A DNA stretch of 64,000 nt. Source: Nitrospirota bacterium. Its GTDB lineage: Bacteria > Nitrospirota > 9FT-COMBO-42-15 > HDB-SIOI813. Made by a program: the position numbers and the translations under genes. Of the stretch, positions 1-10,262 are shown piece after piece. Positions within the stretch are counted from its first letter, which is position 1. Every line of letters starts with the position of its first letter. Under the pieces are notes generated by a model. That model made no database searches and was not told the DNA's origin. It was given only the letters and a program-made list of their open reading frames with translations. The stretch is taken from NCBI GenBank assembly GCA_020846775.1, contig JADLDG010000023.1:75298-139297 (forward strand), given 5' to 3'.

Positions 1-453
1 GTTCCTGAAAGGGACATTGCCGGTCTGTCAAAGGGTAATAAAGCAAAGGTCTTTGCAGCTGCAATCGGCGGAAGCAGCGATCCCGGCATATCCGGAGAAA
101 TTATCCACCTCTCCTACCAGGCTGACCCTGCTACCCGCACTTACCTGACAAGGATAGCGGTCGATAACAGGGCGGAATCCATGCGCCCGGGGATGATCGT
201 CCAGGTTGTTTTTAAACGCAGGAAACTCTCCAAGGTAATAGCAGTCCCTCTCTATTCATTGGTAGATCGTGACGGGATTAAATTTGTTTTTGTTGAAAAG
301 GACGGTAAAGCTCAACAGCGTTTGGTCAGGGTAGGCCCGATTATCGGCAATATGGCAGTGATTGAGAATGGTATCACCACCGGGGAGCGCCTTATCGTGA
401 AAGGTCAGCAGCTGGTCATAGACGGTGGCGCAGTAGTTGAGGAAGGAATCTGA
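1..453 (+). CDS. RND efflux periplasmic adaptor (membrane fusion protein), C-terminal part; 5' end truncated by window
   Basis: Open frame from window start. C-terminal beta-barrel/MP domain-like sequence (…GMIVQVVF…VRVGPIIGNMAVIENGITTGERLIVKGQQLV). Stop TGA at 451-453 lies 1 nt before the RND pump ATG. GGAGG Shine-Dalgarno for the downstream gene is embedded in its 3' end. Confidence 0.8.
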   Translation, partial: VPERDIAGLSKGNKAKVFAAAIGGSSDPGISGEIIHLSYQADPATRTYLTRIAVDNRAESMRPGMIVQVVFKRRKLSKVIAVPLYSLVDRDGIKFVFVEKDGKAQQRLVRVGPIIGNMAVIENGITTGERLIVKGQQLVIDGGAVVEEGI

Positions 454-454
454 C

Positions 455-3400
455 ATGCGGATTACTGATGCTGCCATCGGGCACCGAAGTACCATATTCG
501 TCCTGATGCTCATGTTCATCGTAGTCGGAGTCTTCAGCTACATCACGCTGCCTCGCGAGTCGTCCCCGGATATTACTATACCCAACGTCCTGGTGGTCAC
601 AGCCTATGAGGGGGTGGCGCCCTCCGATATCGAGACACTAATCACACTTCCTATCGAACGAAAGCTTAAGGGACTCAAAGACGTGGAGGAAATACGCTCG
701 GTAAGCGCCGAGGGTGCCTCGATGATAACTATCGAGTTTAATCCCGATGTTGATATTGATAACGCAATTCAGTGGGTCCGTGATAAGGTGGATCAGGCCA
801 GGGGGGATCTCCCTGATGACCTTGAAAACGATCCATCTATCCTGGAAATAAATCTCTCAGAGTTTCCGATTCTGATGTTAGCTGTCTCCGGAGATGTTGA
901 TGAAACGGTTCTCAAACGGGTAGCGGAGAAACTGGAAGACCGGATTGAGGAGATACCAGGTGTCCTGGAGGTTGATCTAAGCGGTGGACGCGAGCGGGAG
1001 ATCCGGGTCGAATTCAACCCGGACAGGATGGCAGCCTACAGACTCTCCTTTGCCGAAATTCTTCAATCTGTCAAACGCGAGAATGTTAACATCCCGGGCG
1101 GCAGTATTGATCTTGGGCAGGGTAAATACCTGCTCCGCATTCCCGGTGAATTCACCGACCCAGCCGAAGTAAACAGCCTGATGCTTGCAACCAGAGACGG
1201 CCGTCCTGTTTACCTGACGGATGTGGCCCATGTCAGTGACACCTTTGAAGACCGCACCAGCTATGCAAGGCTCAACGGTCGAAACAGTGTTACCCTTGCC
1301 GTAAAAAAACGCACAGGCGAGAATATCATCTCAGTGGCCGACCAGGTCTTCGCAATACTCGATGTCGCACGTGGGCAGGTCCCGGCAGGGGTTGAGCTCT
1401 CCATTACTCTGAATGAGTCTAAGGATATCCGGAGTATGGTTTCGGACCTGGAGAACAACATCCTTACAGGCCTGATACTTGTTGTCGCGATACTCTTCAT
1501 CTTCCTGGGTCTTAATAACTCCTTATTCGTTGCCGTGGCGATTCCCTTTTCCATGCTGCTGTCATTTGCCGTGCTGCAGGCACTGGGGATCACCCTCAAC
1601 ATGGTTGTACTCTTCAGCCTGATACTGGCGCTGGGGATGCTGGTGGATAACGCAATCGTTATAGTTGAAAACATCTACCGGCATATGCAGGAAGGAAAGG
1701 ACAGGGTAACAGCCGCCAGCGAGGCGGTTACAGAGGTCGGCTGGCCGGTGATCACCTCTACCCTTACTACCCTCTGCGCCTTCGGTCCCATGATGTTCTG
1801 GCCAGGGATTATGGGTGAGTTCATGAAGTACCTCCCGCTGACCCTGATCATAGTACTTTCTGCATCGCTGCTGGTGGCCTTGATAATCAACCCGGTACTA
1901 TGTGCATCATTCATGAGCATTGGCCGCAAACAGATGACGGGTGCAGGCGAACAGACGCGTCTCCTGCGCATCTATTGCCGGACTCTGGAGAAGGCACTGG
2001 ATCATCGAGGTATGGTGGTCGGCGGGTCAAGCCTGCTGCTGATACTGATAATCACATCTTATGGCCTGCTGGGGCACGGGGTTGAACTCTTCCCGGATAC
2101 CGAGCCGAATCGGGCCATCGTTGATATCAAGGCCCCTGAAGGGGCAAGCCTGGAGACCTCCAACCAACTGGCCCTTGCAGTAGAAAAGGTGGCCAGGCAG
2201 GAAAAGGAGCTGAGATTCATAATAGGAGAGGTTGGCGTTTCAGCCAGTGGCGAAGCTGGCGCGGGTGCTGGAGGCCAGTCGAATCAAAGCAAGATTTCCC
2301 TCGACTTTGTTGACCGGAAGGAGCGGCATGAGAACTCCAATATCGTGCTTAGACGTATACGTGAGGCTCTATCCTCCATGGCCGGGGCTGAGATCAAGGT
2401 TGAAAAACAGGAGCAGGGTCCGCCTACAGGTCCGCCGGTCAATATAGAGATCAGCGGAGAAGAAATCGGGATTCTGGGCGGGCTGGTAGAACAGTCGAAG
2501 ATCCTGATCAAGGATATCCCGGGGTTGGTTGATCTCAAGGACGACTATTCCAGGGCAAAACCGGAAATCCGGGTGCTGATTGATCGCAGAAAAGCGACAC
2601 TGCTGGGTCTCTCCACCTCGGAAATATCGGCCACTGTCAAGGCAGCCATCAGCGGAAGCAAACTCGGGGTTTACCGCGAGGGTAAGGAAGAGTATGACAT
2701 CATTGCGCGCCTGCCGGAACAGCGACGACAGAATCTCTCAGATATCGGCAATCTTCTGATTCCAACCGGGACCGGGGCGCCGGTTCCCCTTTCTACAGTA
2801 GCCCGGATAGAACTGGCGGCCGGTTTCGGCTCTATCCGCCATATTGACCAGAAACGGGTGGTTACAGTCTCCGCCAACACCTCCGGCCGCAACAGCAACG
2901 CGGTATTGGAGGATGTGAAGACCCGTCTGGCGGGGCTCGACCTGCCGGGAGGTTACATGATCAACTTCTCCGGCGAGCAGGAAGAGCAACAGAAGGCATC
3001 TGACTTTCTCACCAAAGCCTTCGTTGTGGCGATCTTTCTTATCGCCCTGGTGCTCCTCACGCAGTTCAACTCGGTGCTACAGATGCTGATTGTCATGTCC
3101 TCTGTCGTCCTTTCGCTGACTGGAGTCTTCATAGGCCTGATGGTGACTGCGACCCCATTTGGTATTATTATGACCGGTGTCGGGGTAATCTCTCTGGCAG
3201 GGGTGGTGGTCAACAACGCCATCGTACTGATTGACTATATCAATCAATTGCGTAAGGAAGGGATGGAACTTCGCGAGGCACTTATCAGGGCAGGCGAGGT
3301 TCGCTTTCGCCCGGTGATGCTTACCGCCGTTACAACTATCCTCGGCCTGCTCCCGATGGCTGTCGGGGTAAGTTTCGACTTTCGCAACTTAGCCTTTGAG

Positions 3401-3550
3401 GTTGGCGGCGAATCAGCCCAGTGGTGGGGACCGATGGCGGTGGCAGTCATTTTCGGACTGACGATTGCCACCCTGCTGACCCTCGTGGTCGTGCCGGTGC
3501 TCTACTCCCTGTCGCAGACATTTGCCTTACGTGAGTCCATTCGAAAATAA
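455..3550 (+). CDS. RND multidrug efflux permease, HAE1/AcrB family
   Basis: 1031 aa with typical AcrB N-terminus (MRITDAAI…FVLMLMFIV…), 12-TM architecture and two large periplasmic loops. ATG at 455 preceded by GAGGAAGGA. The ORF track's TTG start at 437 is less likely. Confidence 0.9.
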   Translation: MRITDAAIGHRSTIFVLMLMFIVVGVFSYITLPRESSPDITIPNVLVVTAYEGVAPSDIETLITLPIERKLKGLKDVEEIRSVSAEGASMITIEFNPDVDIDNAIQWVRDKVDQARGDLPDDLENDPSILEINLSEFPILMLAVSGDVDETVLKRVAEKLEDRIEEIPGVLEVDLSGGREREIRVEFNPDRMAAYRLSFAEILQSVKRENVNIPGGSIDLGQGKYLLRIPGEFTDPAEVNSLMLATRDGRPVYLTDVAHVSDTFEDRTSYARLNGRNSVTLAVKKRTGENIISVADQVFAILDVARGQVPAGVELSITLNESKDIRSMVSDLENNILTGLILVVAILFIFLGLNNSLFVAVAIPFSMLLSFAVLQALGITLNMVVLFSLILALGMLVDNAIVIVENIYRHMQEGKDRVTAASEAVTEVGWPVITSTLTTLCAFGPMMFWPGIMGEFMKYLPLTLIIVLSASLLVALIINPVLCASFMSIGRKQMTGAGEQTRLLRIYCRTLEKALDHRGMVVGGSSLLLILIITSYGLLGHGVELFPDTEPNRAIVDIKAPEGASLETSNQLALAVEKVARQEKELRFIIGEVGVSASGEAGAGAGGQSNQSKISLDFVDRKERHENSNIVLRRIREALSSMAGAEIKVEKQEQGPPTGPPVNIEISGEEIGILGGLVEQSKILIKDIPGLVDLKDDYSRAKPEIRVLIDRRKATLLGLSTSEISATVKAAISGSKLGVYREGKEEYDIIARLPEQRRQNLSDIGNLLIPTGTGAPVPLSTVARIELAAGFGSIRHIDQKRVVTVSANTSGRNSNAVLEDVKTRLAGLDLPGGYMINFSGEQEEQQKASDFLTKAFVVAIFLIALVLLTQFNSVLQMLIVMSSVVLSLTGVFIGLMVTATPFGIIMTGVGVISLAGVVVNNAIVLIDYINQLRKEGMELREALIRAGEVRFRPVMLTAVTTILGLLPMAVGVSFDFRNLAFEVGGESAQWWGPMAVAVIFGLTIATLLTLVVVPVLYSLSQTFALRESIRK

Positions 3551-3635
3551 CCTGGTCAACCCATCCCCGCCCTCACAGCACACAGGACTATTCCAAAACA
3601 GATAATATATCATATATCCGAGCAGTTAAGATATT

Positions 3636-6600
3636 TCAATCAAGTAATTGTTTAATTCCTTTCATGGGAATATGTACCCAATCCGGCCGATTATTTAATT
3701 CATAACCAAGCTCATACACTGCCTTTTCCAGCATGAACACTTTTAAAAGAATATCAAGCTCCTCCAGGTCATCAGGAATAAACGATGCATTTCCGGCAGT
3801 ATCCAGATATGAGCGTAAGAATGTTCCTCCAACATAGGCATACCATAGGTCTATCCAGGGTCTGAGTAATGGTAAATCCTCATCACGCACTGAAGACGAT
3901 TTGGAAAGTGCCGAATGTCCTGCGTAATGAAATGACCTTATCATACCTGCCAGATCTCTTACAGGAGATCTCTTAAGCCGCCTTTCATTTACAGGCCTTG
4001 CAGGCTCTCCTTCAAAGTCAATTATTATAAAGTCCTTACCGGAAAACAATACCTGCCCAAGATGATAATCTCCATGAACCCTTATCTTCATCGCAGATAT
4101 CTTTTTGCGGAGGATGGCCTTGAACTGATCAACTATTTTCACTTCAAGGCTCAGGAAATCTTCCGCCTCCGGCCTTATGGCCTCGGGAAGGTTTTTAAGA
4201 TTTCTTCTCAGTGTTTGAAAAACCCTTTTTGTAAGACTTTGTACTGACTGATAGATTGATTTCTGATAGAGAACTGAAAAAGGCTCCGGAGAAAAATCAG
4301 GTTCCTGGCACGAAGAAAGTGCCAGGTGAAGCTCAGCTGTCCTCTTACCCAGGAGGCCGGCCATTTCATGATAAAAGCCGAATATCAGCTCAGTCAAAGC
4401 AGGAGACATCTCGTCCTGATATGCAATTTTTACAAACGATGATGGTACCGCAGGTACTTGCTCTATTACATCTCTCCTTGAAAGCACCCTGTCTATATAT
4501 CTCTCTACCGCATCTATGCTGTTCCTCCATGCATCTCCCTGATTCGGGACATACCCCTGGAGGATGCTGATTGCCGTATTAGAATTACCTTTTCTTCGAT
4601 ATTCCAGTGCACCGGCAAATGGCGGAATATTTGTGAAAGCAGCTGTTTCAGTAAGGTAGCGCCCAACCTCCATCTCAGGATTAATACCCTCTTCAAGACG
4701 GCGGTATAGTTTAAGAATAAGATGATTACCATACAAAAGTGATGAATTACTCTGCTCTGCCTTGAAAACCTGACTTTTTTCAGAAAGAGGCTCTTCAGCA
4801 CTGAGGGTTAGTGTTTTCAGATATTTCCCGGCCAGGGGAGTAAGTTCTCCCTTAAGCCCCTTTATTCCTTGTCTGCTGGAATGCATGAGCAATAGGTTTT
4901 TTCTGAATTCCTCATTGTAGATACCGTCATATATTATCCCTTCTGTATCATCGGTCATGAGTATGGCAAGAATCGCATAAGGTATCTCAATCTTGAGCCT
5001 ATCGGCCTCTTCTCCTGATACGAAAGAGACAGGCAACAGATAAGTCTCAGGAAGTCCGTCTGAATACTGCACTTCAATAAACAGCATATAAGTTATTGTC
5101 GCATTCTTCCCCACTGGAATGATTTCGGATATCCTTGACTGTTGAATTTGTCGTGCCTTGGCTCCAAACCATCTCTGTCTTAACATGTAGACGGGAAGTA
5201 TCTCTTTCTCCAGCTGCTCTTTCGTCTTACCCTGCAAGACAGTCCCCCATGCGCCATGGCAATTTAAATGTGGAATTGTCTCAATATTACACTGACTTAT
5301 TAAATCATCTTCCTTTTTCAGCGTAAACCAGTAATAATCATAAAACCCAAGGGTCAGCACATACGGGGTTTCCTTAATTGCCGGAAAGCGATTTCTGCTG
5401 AATACCTCTTCAGGGAGATATCCGCAATACGTGGAAAGGTCAATCTCAACGACCTGAGAAAATCTCGAAAGGTTTACGACAACAAGCATATTTTCATCAT
5501 TAAAGTGACGAATAAATGCAATAACCTTTGGATTATCTGTATAGAGAAATTCTATTTCCCCTCTTCCGAGCGCTTTGGAATGCTTTCTCATAGTGATGAC
5601 CCGCTTCATCCACCAGAGCAGCGCTGCCTGATTGCCTTGCTGAGTCTCCACATTAACGGCCTCATAGTGATATTCAGGATCAATAATGATAGGCAGGAAA
5701 AGCTTCTGAGGATTTGCTCTTGAAAAACCGGCATTCTTGTCGGCGCTCCATTGCATAGGGGTCCTGACCCCATTTCTGTCTCCCAGATAAAAATTATCCC
5801 CCATCCCTATTTCATCTCCATAATATAAAACCGGAGTTCCGGGAAGAGAGAGGAGGAGAAAATTCATCAGTTCTATCTTTCGCCTGTGGTTTCCAAGAAG
5901 TGGCGCCAGGCGGCGACGGATTCCAAGATTTATCCTTGCCCTCGGATCCTTTCCATAGACCCTGTACATGTAGTCCCTCTCTTCATCTGTAACCATTTCA
6001 AGGGTAAGTTCATCGTGGTTTCGTAAAAACAACGCCCACTGACAGATCTCTGAAATAGACGGTGTCTGTTCAAAGATATCAATAATAGGGAATTTATCCT
6101 CCATCCATATTGACATGAACATCCTCGGCATCAGAGGAAAGTGAAAGGCCATCTGGCACTCATCCCCATCGCCGAAATAGGCTACCGCATCTTCAGGCCA
6201 TTGGTTTGCTTCAGCAAGAAGCATCTTGTTTTTAAAAGTCTCCTCAACATGCTTCCTGAGGAACTTTAAAAAGTCATGTGTCTCCGGAAGATTTTCACAA
6301 TTGGTGCCATCCCGCTCAAATAGATACGGCGCTGCGTCAAGTCGAATTCCGTCCACTCCCATGCCAAGCCAGTAATCAACAACCCTGAGCATTGCCTTTC
6401 GGACGTGAGGGTTGTCATAATTAAGATCCGGCTGATGAGAATAGAAGCGATGCCAGTAGTACGCCCCGGCTGCAGGATCCCATGTCCAGTTGGATGTCTC
6501 AAAATCCTTGAATATAATCCTCGCATCCTTATACCTCTCAGTGGTATCTGTCCAGACATAGAAATCTCTCCAGAAAGAACCGGGTTTTGCCCTCCTGGCC

Positions 6601-6971
6601 TTTTGAAACCATATGTGCTCTGCAGATGTGTGATTTAATACTATTTCAGTAATGACCCTGATTCCACGGCTGTGGGCTTCGCGTAAGAATTGCCTGAATT
6701 CTTTAAGCGTCCCGTAATCCGGGTTTACTTCAAGGTAATCTGCAATATCGTACCCATCATCTTTTAGGGGAGATGGATAAAATGGGAGGAGCCATACAGC
6801 AGTTATCCCGAGGTCCTCAAGATAATCAAGTTTTTCTGTAAGCCCCTTGAAATCACCAATACCGTCACCGTTGCTGTCGTGAAATGACCTTACATGCAGT
6901 TCATAAATAATAGCGTCCTTATACCATAAGGGGTCATCCTCAAGAACAACTTCACGTTTTTTTCGCATCAA
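3636..6971 (-). CDS. treS: Trehalose synthase / maltokinase fusion (TreS-Mak/Pep2)
   Basis: 1111 aa. N-terminal GH13 trehalose synthase (…FYPSPLKDDGYDIADY…, catalytic DAAPYL, LLAEANQWPED). C-terminal ~450 aa maltokinase/Pep2-like kinase domain. Lies 6 bp downstream of glgE. Confidence 0.85.
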   Translation of the reverse strand: MMRKKREVVLEDDPLWYKDAIIYELHVRSFHDSNGDGIGDFKGLTEKLDYLEDLGITAVWLLPFYPSPLKDDGYDIADYLEVNPDYGTLKEFRQFLREAHSRGIRVITEIVLNHTSAEHIWFQKARRAKPGSFWRDFYVWTDTTERYKDARIIFKDFETSNWTWDPAAGAYYWHRFYSHQPDLNYDNPHVRKAMLRVVDYWLGMGVDGIRLDAAPYLFERDGTNCENLPETHDFLKFLRKHVEETFKNKMLLAEANQWPEDAVAYFGDGDECQMAFHFPLMPRMFMSIWMEDKFPIIDIFEQTPSISEICQWALFLRNHDELTLEMVTDEERDYMYRVYGKDPRARINLGIRRRLAPLLGNHRRKIELMNFLLLSLPGTPVLYYGDEIGMGDNFYLGDRNGVRTPMQWSADKNAGFSRANPQKLFLPIIIDPEYHYEAVNVETQQGNQAALLWWMKRVITMRKHSKALGRGEIEFLYTDNPKVIAFIRHFNDENMLVVVNLSRFSQVVEIDLSTYCGYLPEEVFSRNRFPAIKETPYVLTLGFYDYYWFTLKKEDDLISQCNIETIPHLNCHGAWGTVLQGKTKEQLEKEILPVYMLRQRWFGAKARQIQQSRISEIIPVGKNATITYMLFIEVQYSDGLPETYLLPVSFVSGEEADRLKIEIPYAILAILMTDDTEGIIYDGIYNEEFRKNLLLMHSSRQGIKGLKGELTPLAGKYLKTLTLSAEEPLSEKSQVFKAEQSNSSLLYGNHLILKLYRRLEEGINPEMEVGRYLTETAAFTNIPPFAGALEYRRKGNSNTAISILQGYVPNQGDAWRNSIDAVERYIDRVLSRRDVIEQVPAVPSSFVKIAYQDEMSPALTELIFGFYHEMAGLLGKRTAELHLALSSCQEPDFSPEPFSVLYQKSIYQSVQSLTKRVFQTLRRNLKNLPEAIRPEAEDFLSLEVKIVDQFKAILRKKISAMKIRVHGDYHLGQVLFSGKDFIIIDFEGEPARPVNERRLKRSPVRDLAGMIRSFHYAGHSALSKSSSVRDEDLPLLRPWIDLWYAYVGGTFLRSYLDTAGNASFIPDDLEELDILLKVFMLEKAVYELGYELNNRPDWVHIPMKGIKQLLD

Positions 6972-6977
6972 CCCTCC

Positions 6978-8963
6978 TTAAAAGAAATAGTCAACATCCC
7001 GTTCGTTCCGCATCCTCTTTCTGACTTTAAATATATGCACAGGGGACTTATGTGGATTTAGTTCCACATAATTTCTGTCTCCCTGCCAGATGTATTTTTC
7101 ATCGCTTAACAGGTCATGAACCATATATGGGTGATCCGGTTCTATCCCAAATTCATTAACAGGAACATTTACCCAGCCTGATTGTGTATTATATGGGTCC
7201 AGGCTGATAGCGACAATAATAATATTAGACAGGTCCTCACTGGTCTTTCCAAAAAAGAGTATATTGTCATTATCAACTACATAGAAATTAAGATTATTTG
7301 TCAATTGAAGCGCCGGATTTTCCTTCCTTGCAAGATTGACCCTTGAAATAAAATCTCTGATGTTGCCAGGCTTGTTCCTGTCCCACTTTTTAATCTCATA
7401 CTTCTCTGAATCCACGTACTCTTCCCGACCCGGAAGTGCATCACTTATGCACAATTCAAAGGCCGGGCCGTATATACCGCAATTTGATGAAAGGGTTGCT
7501 GCGATGACATACCTTATCATGAAAACCGGCCTTCCACCATTCTGAAGATGCTCCGGAAGGATGTCCGGAGTATTCGGCCAGAAGTTGGGTCTGAAATATT
7601 CTCTCACCTCTGTCTTTGTCAGCTCAGTCAGATATTCAATAATCTCTTTCTTCGTATTTCGCCAGGTAATGTATGTATAAGACTGGGTAAAGCCGGTCTT
7701 GGCAAGTCTGTACATGACCTTTGGCCTGGTAAATGCTTCCGCAAGAAAGATTACCTCCGGATAATCACTCCTGATTTCTCTTATCAGCCACTCCCAAAAC
7801 GGGAAGGGTTTGGTATGGGGATTATCAACCCTGAAAATCCTGATACCCTTATCAATCCAGAAGAGGAATATCTCCTTTAACTCATTCCACAGCTCATACC
7901 ATTCCTCCGATTCAAAATTCAGTGGAAGGATATCTTCATATTTTTTAGGAGGGTTTTCAGCATACTGTACTGTTCCGTCCGGCCTCCACGTAAACCAATT
8001 GCCATGCTTTTTTACATAAGGATGATCGGGGGCGCACTGGATTGCTATATCCATTGCAATTTCAACATTGAAATCCTTTGCCCTGCGTACCAGTTTCTCG
8101 AAGTCATCAATTGTGCCTAGAAGTGGAGAAACAGACTTATGTCCCCCTTCGTCAGAACCAATCGCCCACGGACTGCCATAATCGTCTTTTCCTGCAACAG
8201 TTGAATTGTTTTTACCTTTTCTCTTTATCTTCCCGATAGGGTGGATCGGAGCCAGATACATTACATCAAAACCCATCCCGGCAATGTCAGGCAGCAGGGC
8301 CTCACAATCCTTGAATGTGCCGTGAAGCTGAGACCCGGTACCCGATGACCTGGGGAACAGTTCATACCATGTGCTGAAAAGGGCCTTCTTCCTGTCAACT
8401 GAAACAGAATATTCTCTGTGGCAGGTTGTAGCACGATCCCTGTCGTAATATGTCTGCAACAATTTCATAAGCTCATCATTCCCAGCAAGCGATAGGATCT
8501 CTTTTGTCTCTTTCATCCTGCTGATTGCCTTTGCCCATTCCTTTAGTCTTTTCTTTTCTTCGCCTTTTGCCCTTGATGCGGCGCTATTAATATGTCCGGG
8601 GCCGATTAATAAATCTACTTCTATATTGACGCCAGCATCAATTTTTTTCCCAAGGTCATGCAGCCAGGTTAAATAATGGTCAATTTGACCGCGGATAGTA
8701 TAATGGTACATACCGATGTCTTCTACCGAAAACACCCCTTCCCACCTGTCATTTCCAACAGGCCTCATTGTCATTTCGAGCCACTCTTTGTCGCCAGGTC
8801 CCCTGTACATTAGAAGTGCTGAAACCTCATCATGACCGTCAGCATATATATCAGCATACACAAACACCTTGTCTCCGCATATGCGTTTGATTGGAAATTC
8901 TCCTCCATTTATCTCCGGTTCAACATTCTCTATAACTATTCGTTTTTTTCCATCTAAAGTCAT
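6978..8963 (-). CDS. glgE: Alpha-1,4-glucan:maltose-1-phosphate maltosyltransferase
   Basis: 661 aa GH13_3 GlgE-like sequence (…MYLAPIHPIG…, FRVDNPHTKPF…, FLAEAFT…). Synteny with treS-mak supports the GlgE pathway. Confidence 0.85.
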   Translation of the reverse strand: MTLDGKKRIVIENVEPEINGGEFPIKRICGDKVFVYADIYADGHDEVSALLMYRGPGDKEWLEMTMRPVGNDRWEGVFSVEDIGMYHYTIRGQIDHYLTWLHDLGKKIDAGVNIEVDLLIGPGHINSAASRAKGEEKKRLKEWAKAISRMKETKEILSLAGNDELMKLLQTYYDRDRATTCHREYSVSVDRKKALFSTWYELFPRSSGTGSQLHGTFKDCEALLPDIAGMGFDVMYLAPIHPIGKIKRKGKNNSTVAGKDDYGSPWAIGSDEGGHKSVSPLLGTIDDFEKLVRRAKDFNVEIAMDIAIQCAPDHPYVKKHGNWFTWRPDGTVQYAENPPKKYEDILPLNFESEEWYELWNELKEIFLFWIDKGIRIFRVDNPHTKPFPFWEWLIREIRSDYPEVIFLAEAFTRPKVMYRLAKTGFTQSYTYITWRNTKKEIIEYLTELTKTEVREYFRPNFWPNTPDILPEHLQNGGRPVFMIRYVIAATLSSNCGIYGPAFELCISDALPGREEYVDSEKYEIKKWDRNKPGNIRDFISRVNLARKENPALQLTNNLNFYVVDNDNILFFGKTSEDLSNIIIVAISLDPYNTQSGWVNVPVNEFGIEPDHPYMVHDLLSDEKYIWQGDRNYVELNPHKSPVHIFKVRKRMRNERDVDYFF

Positions 8964-8991
8964 ATCATCTCTCCTTGATTGCTTATTAATG

Positions 8992-10253
8992 TCAGATTAC
9001 CCTTTCCAGTAGGGCCAGAGGGAAATTAGTAAGTACTTTATCGAGGGAAATTACAGGTAAATTATCATTTACTATAAAATCAACCAACTCCCCTGTAAAA
9101 ATATTTCTATACATCTCTCCTGATACTGCGAAAGGCACGGAAATAAAGGAACCACTCCATACTTTTCCGAGGGGAAGATCCTCCGGTTGTATGACAAGTC
9201 TTGAAAAAAATCTGGGCGCTATAACTATTGTCCTCGATTCCCCATTTACCCGCGCAAAGGAAACAATATTATTTGCCTTTTCGCCTGATGGTTCAAGAGG
9301 CATGTACTCTCCTTCTTCAAACAGAGCCCTGTGTTCCCTTCTGTAATTAAGCGTCTTGTAAATCAGGTAGAGCTTAATCTATCCGTTCTTCTTATTCAAG
9401 GTCAACTCCCTGGCAAACTCTGAAAGAGTGCCGCCGGCCTCACGCTTAATAAGCTCCTCCAGAATTGCTGATCTGGCTGAATAATCAACAGGTCTTCTGT
9501 TGTCAGGGTCTACAAGACCGAAATCCAAAAGCTCCGTACCCTGATAGAAATCAGGAACCGCCTGACCATCAAGAACAACCTTCTTTTTCTTATTCAATCG
9601 TCTCCAGCTTAAAAGGCAGTTTCTCCATTTATCAGGATTCTCTGAAATAACATTGATCCTCGCCCTTAGATCCTCACCCCTCTTTGTATCATGATCAGTG
9701 TACGCACCTCACTTGACATTGCTGCCTGCATGATTAATTTCTTTTTATCATAAATTATCTCATTTAAATTAATATTTGATTTGATGAATTTGGTATAGAT
9801 TTCATCAAGATCCCGTGCATTCGCCGTATCAACAAAGATCCCATTCAGAATATTCAGGAATGCATAGCCCGTTGTACTGAATATAGGCCAGTCATCCGGC
9901 ATCCGCTCTCCTTTTCCAAGATATTTTCTCCTACTATGTAAAAAGACATATAATGCGGATCTGCAGATAAAGCCCCTCTGTCCCATGCCATGCCTTCTGA
10001 TTTCATCAATAAGACCTGCATATTCTTCCTCTGAGCCGATCTCAGGGTTCAGCATGCTGTGGTCAACAATATCATAGCCATGAAGGCTGCCCTCTCTTGC
10101 CTTAAGATAGGGAGAGGAATAGATATCACTAATACCCAGTGTGTGGAGATAGGAGACAATTGCCTTAGCATCAGAAAACCTGAAATGCCTGTTGAACTGA
10201 AGTCTGTAGGTTGAAACAGGTATTCTTGCGGTAATATCTTTTTTCAAAGGCAT
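8992..10253 (-). pseudogene. treY: Malto-oligosyltrehalose synthase (treY) remnant with internal deletions and frameshifts
   Basis: Three consecutive minus-strand ORFs (195, 72, 103 aa) in different frames carry collinear TreY blocks: the N-terminal motif VSTYRLQF…YSSPYL…GYDIVDH, then …WPIFSTTGYAFLN…, then …RINVISENPDKW… (only in a third frame), then …PDFYQGTELLDFGLVDPDNRRPVD…, and a C-terminal …FPLALLER. Total span is about 420 codons against the 750-900 typical for TreY. Confidence 0.6.
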
Positions 10254-10262
10254 TAATTTTCC

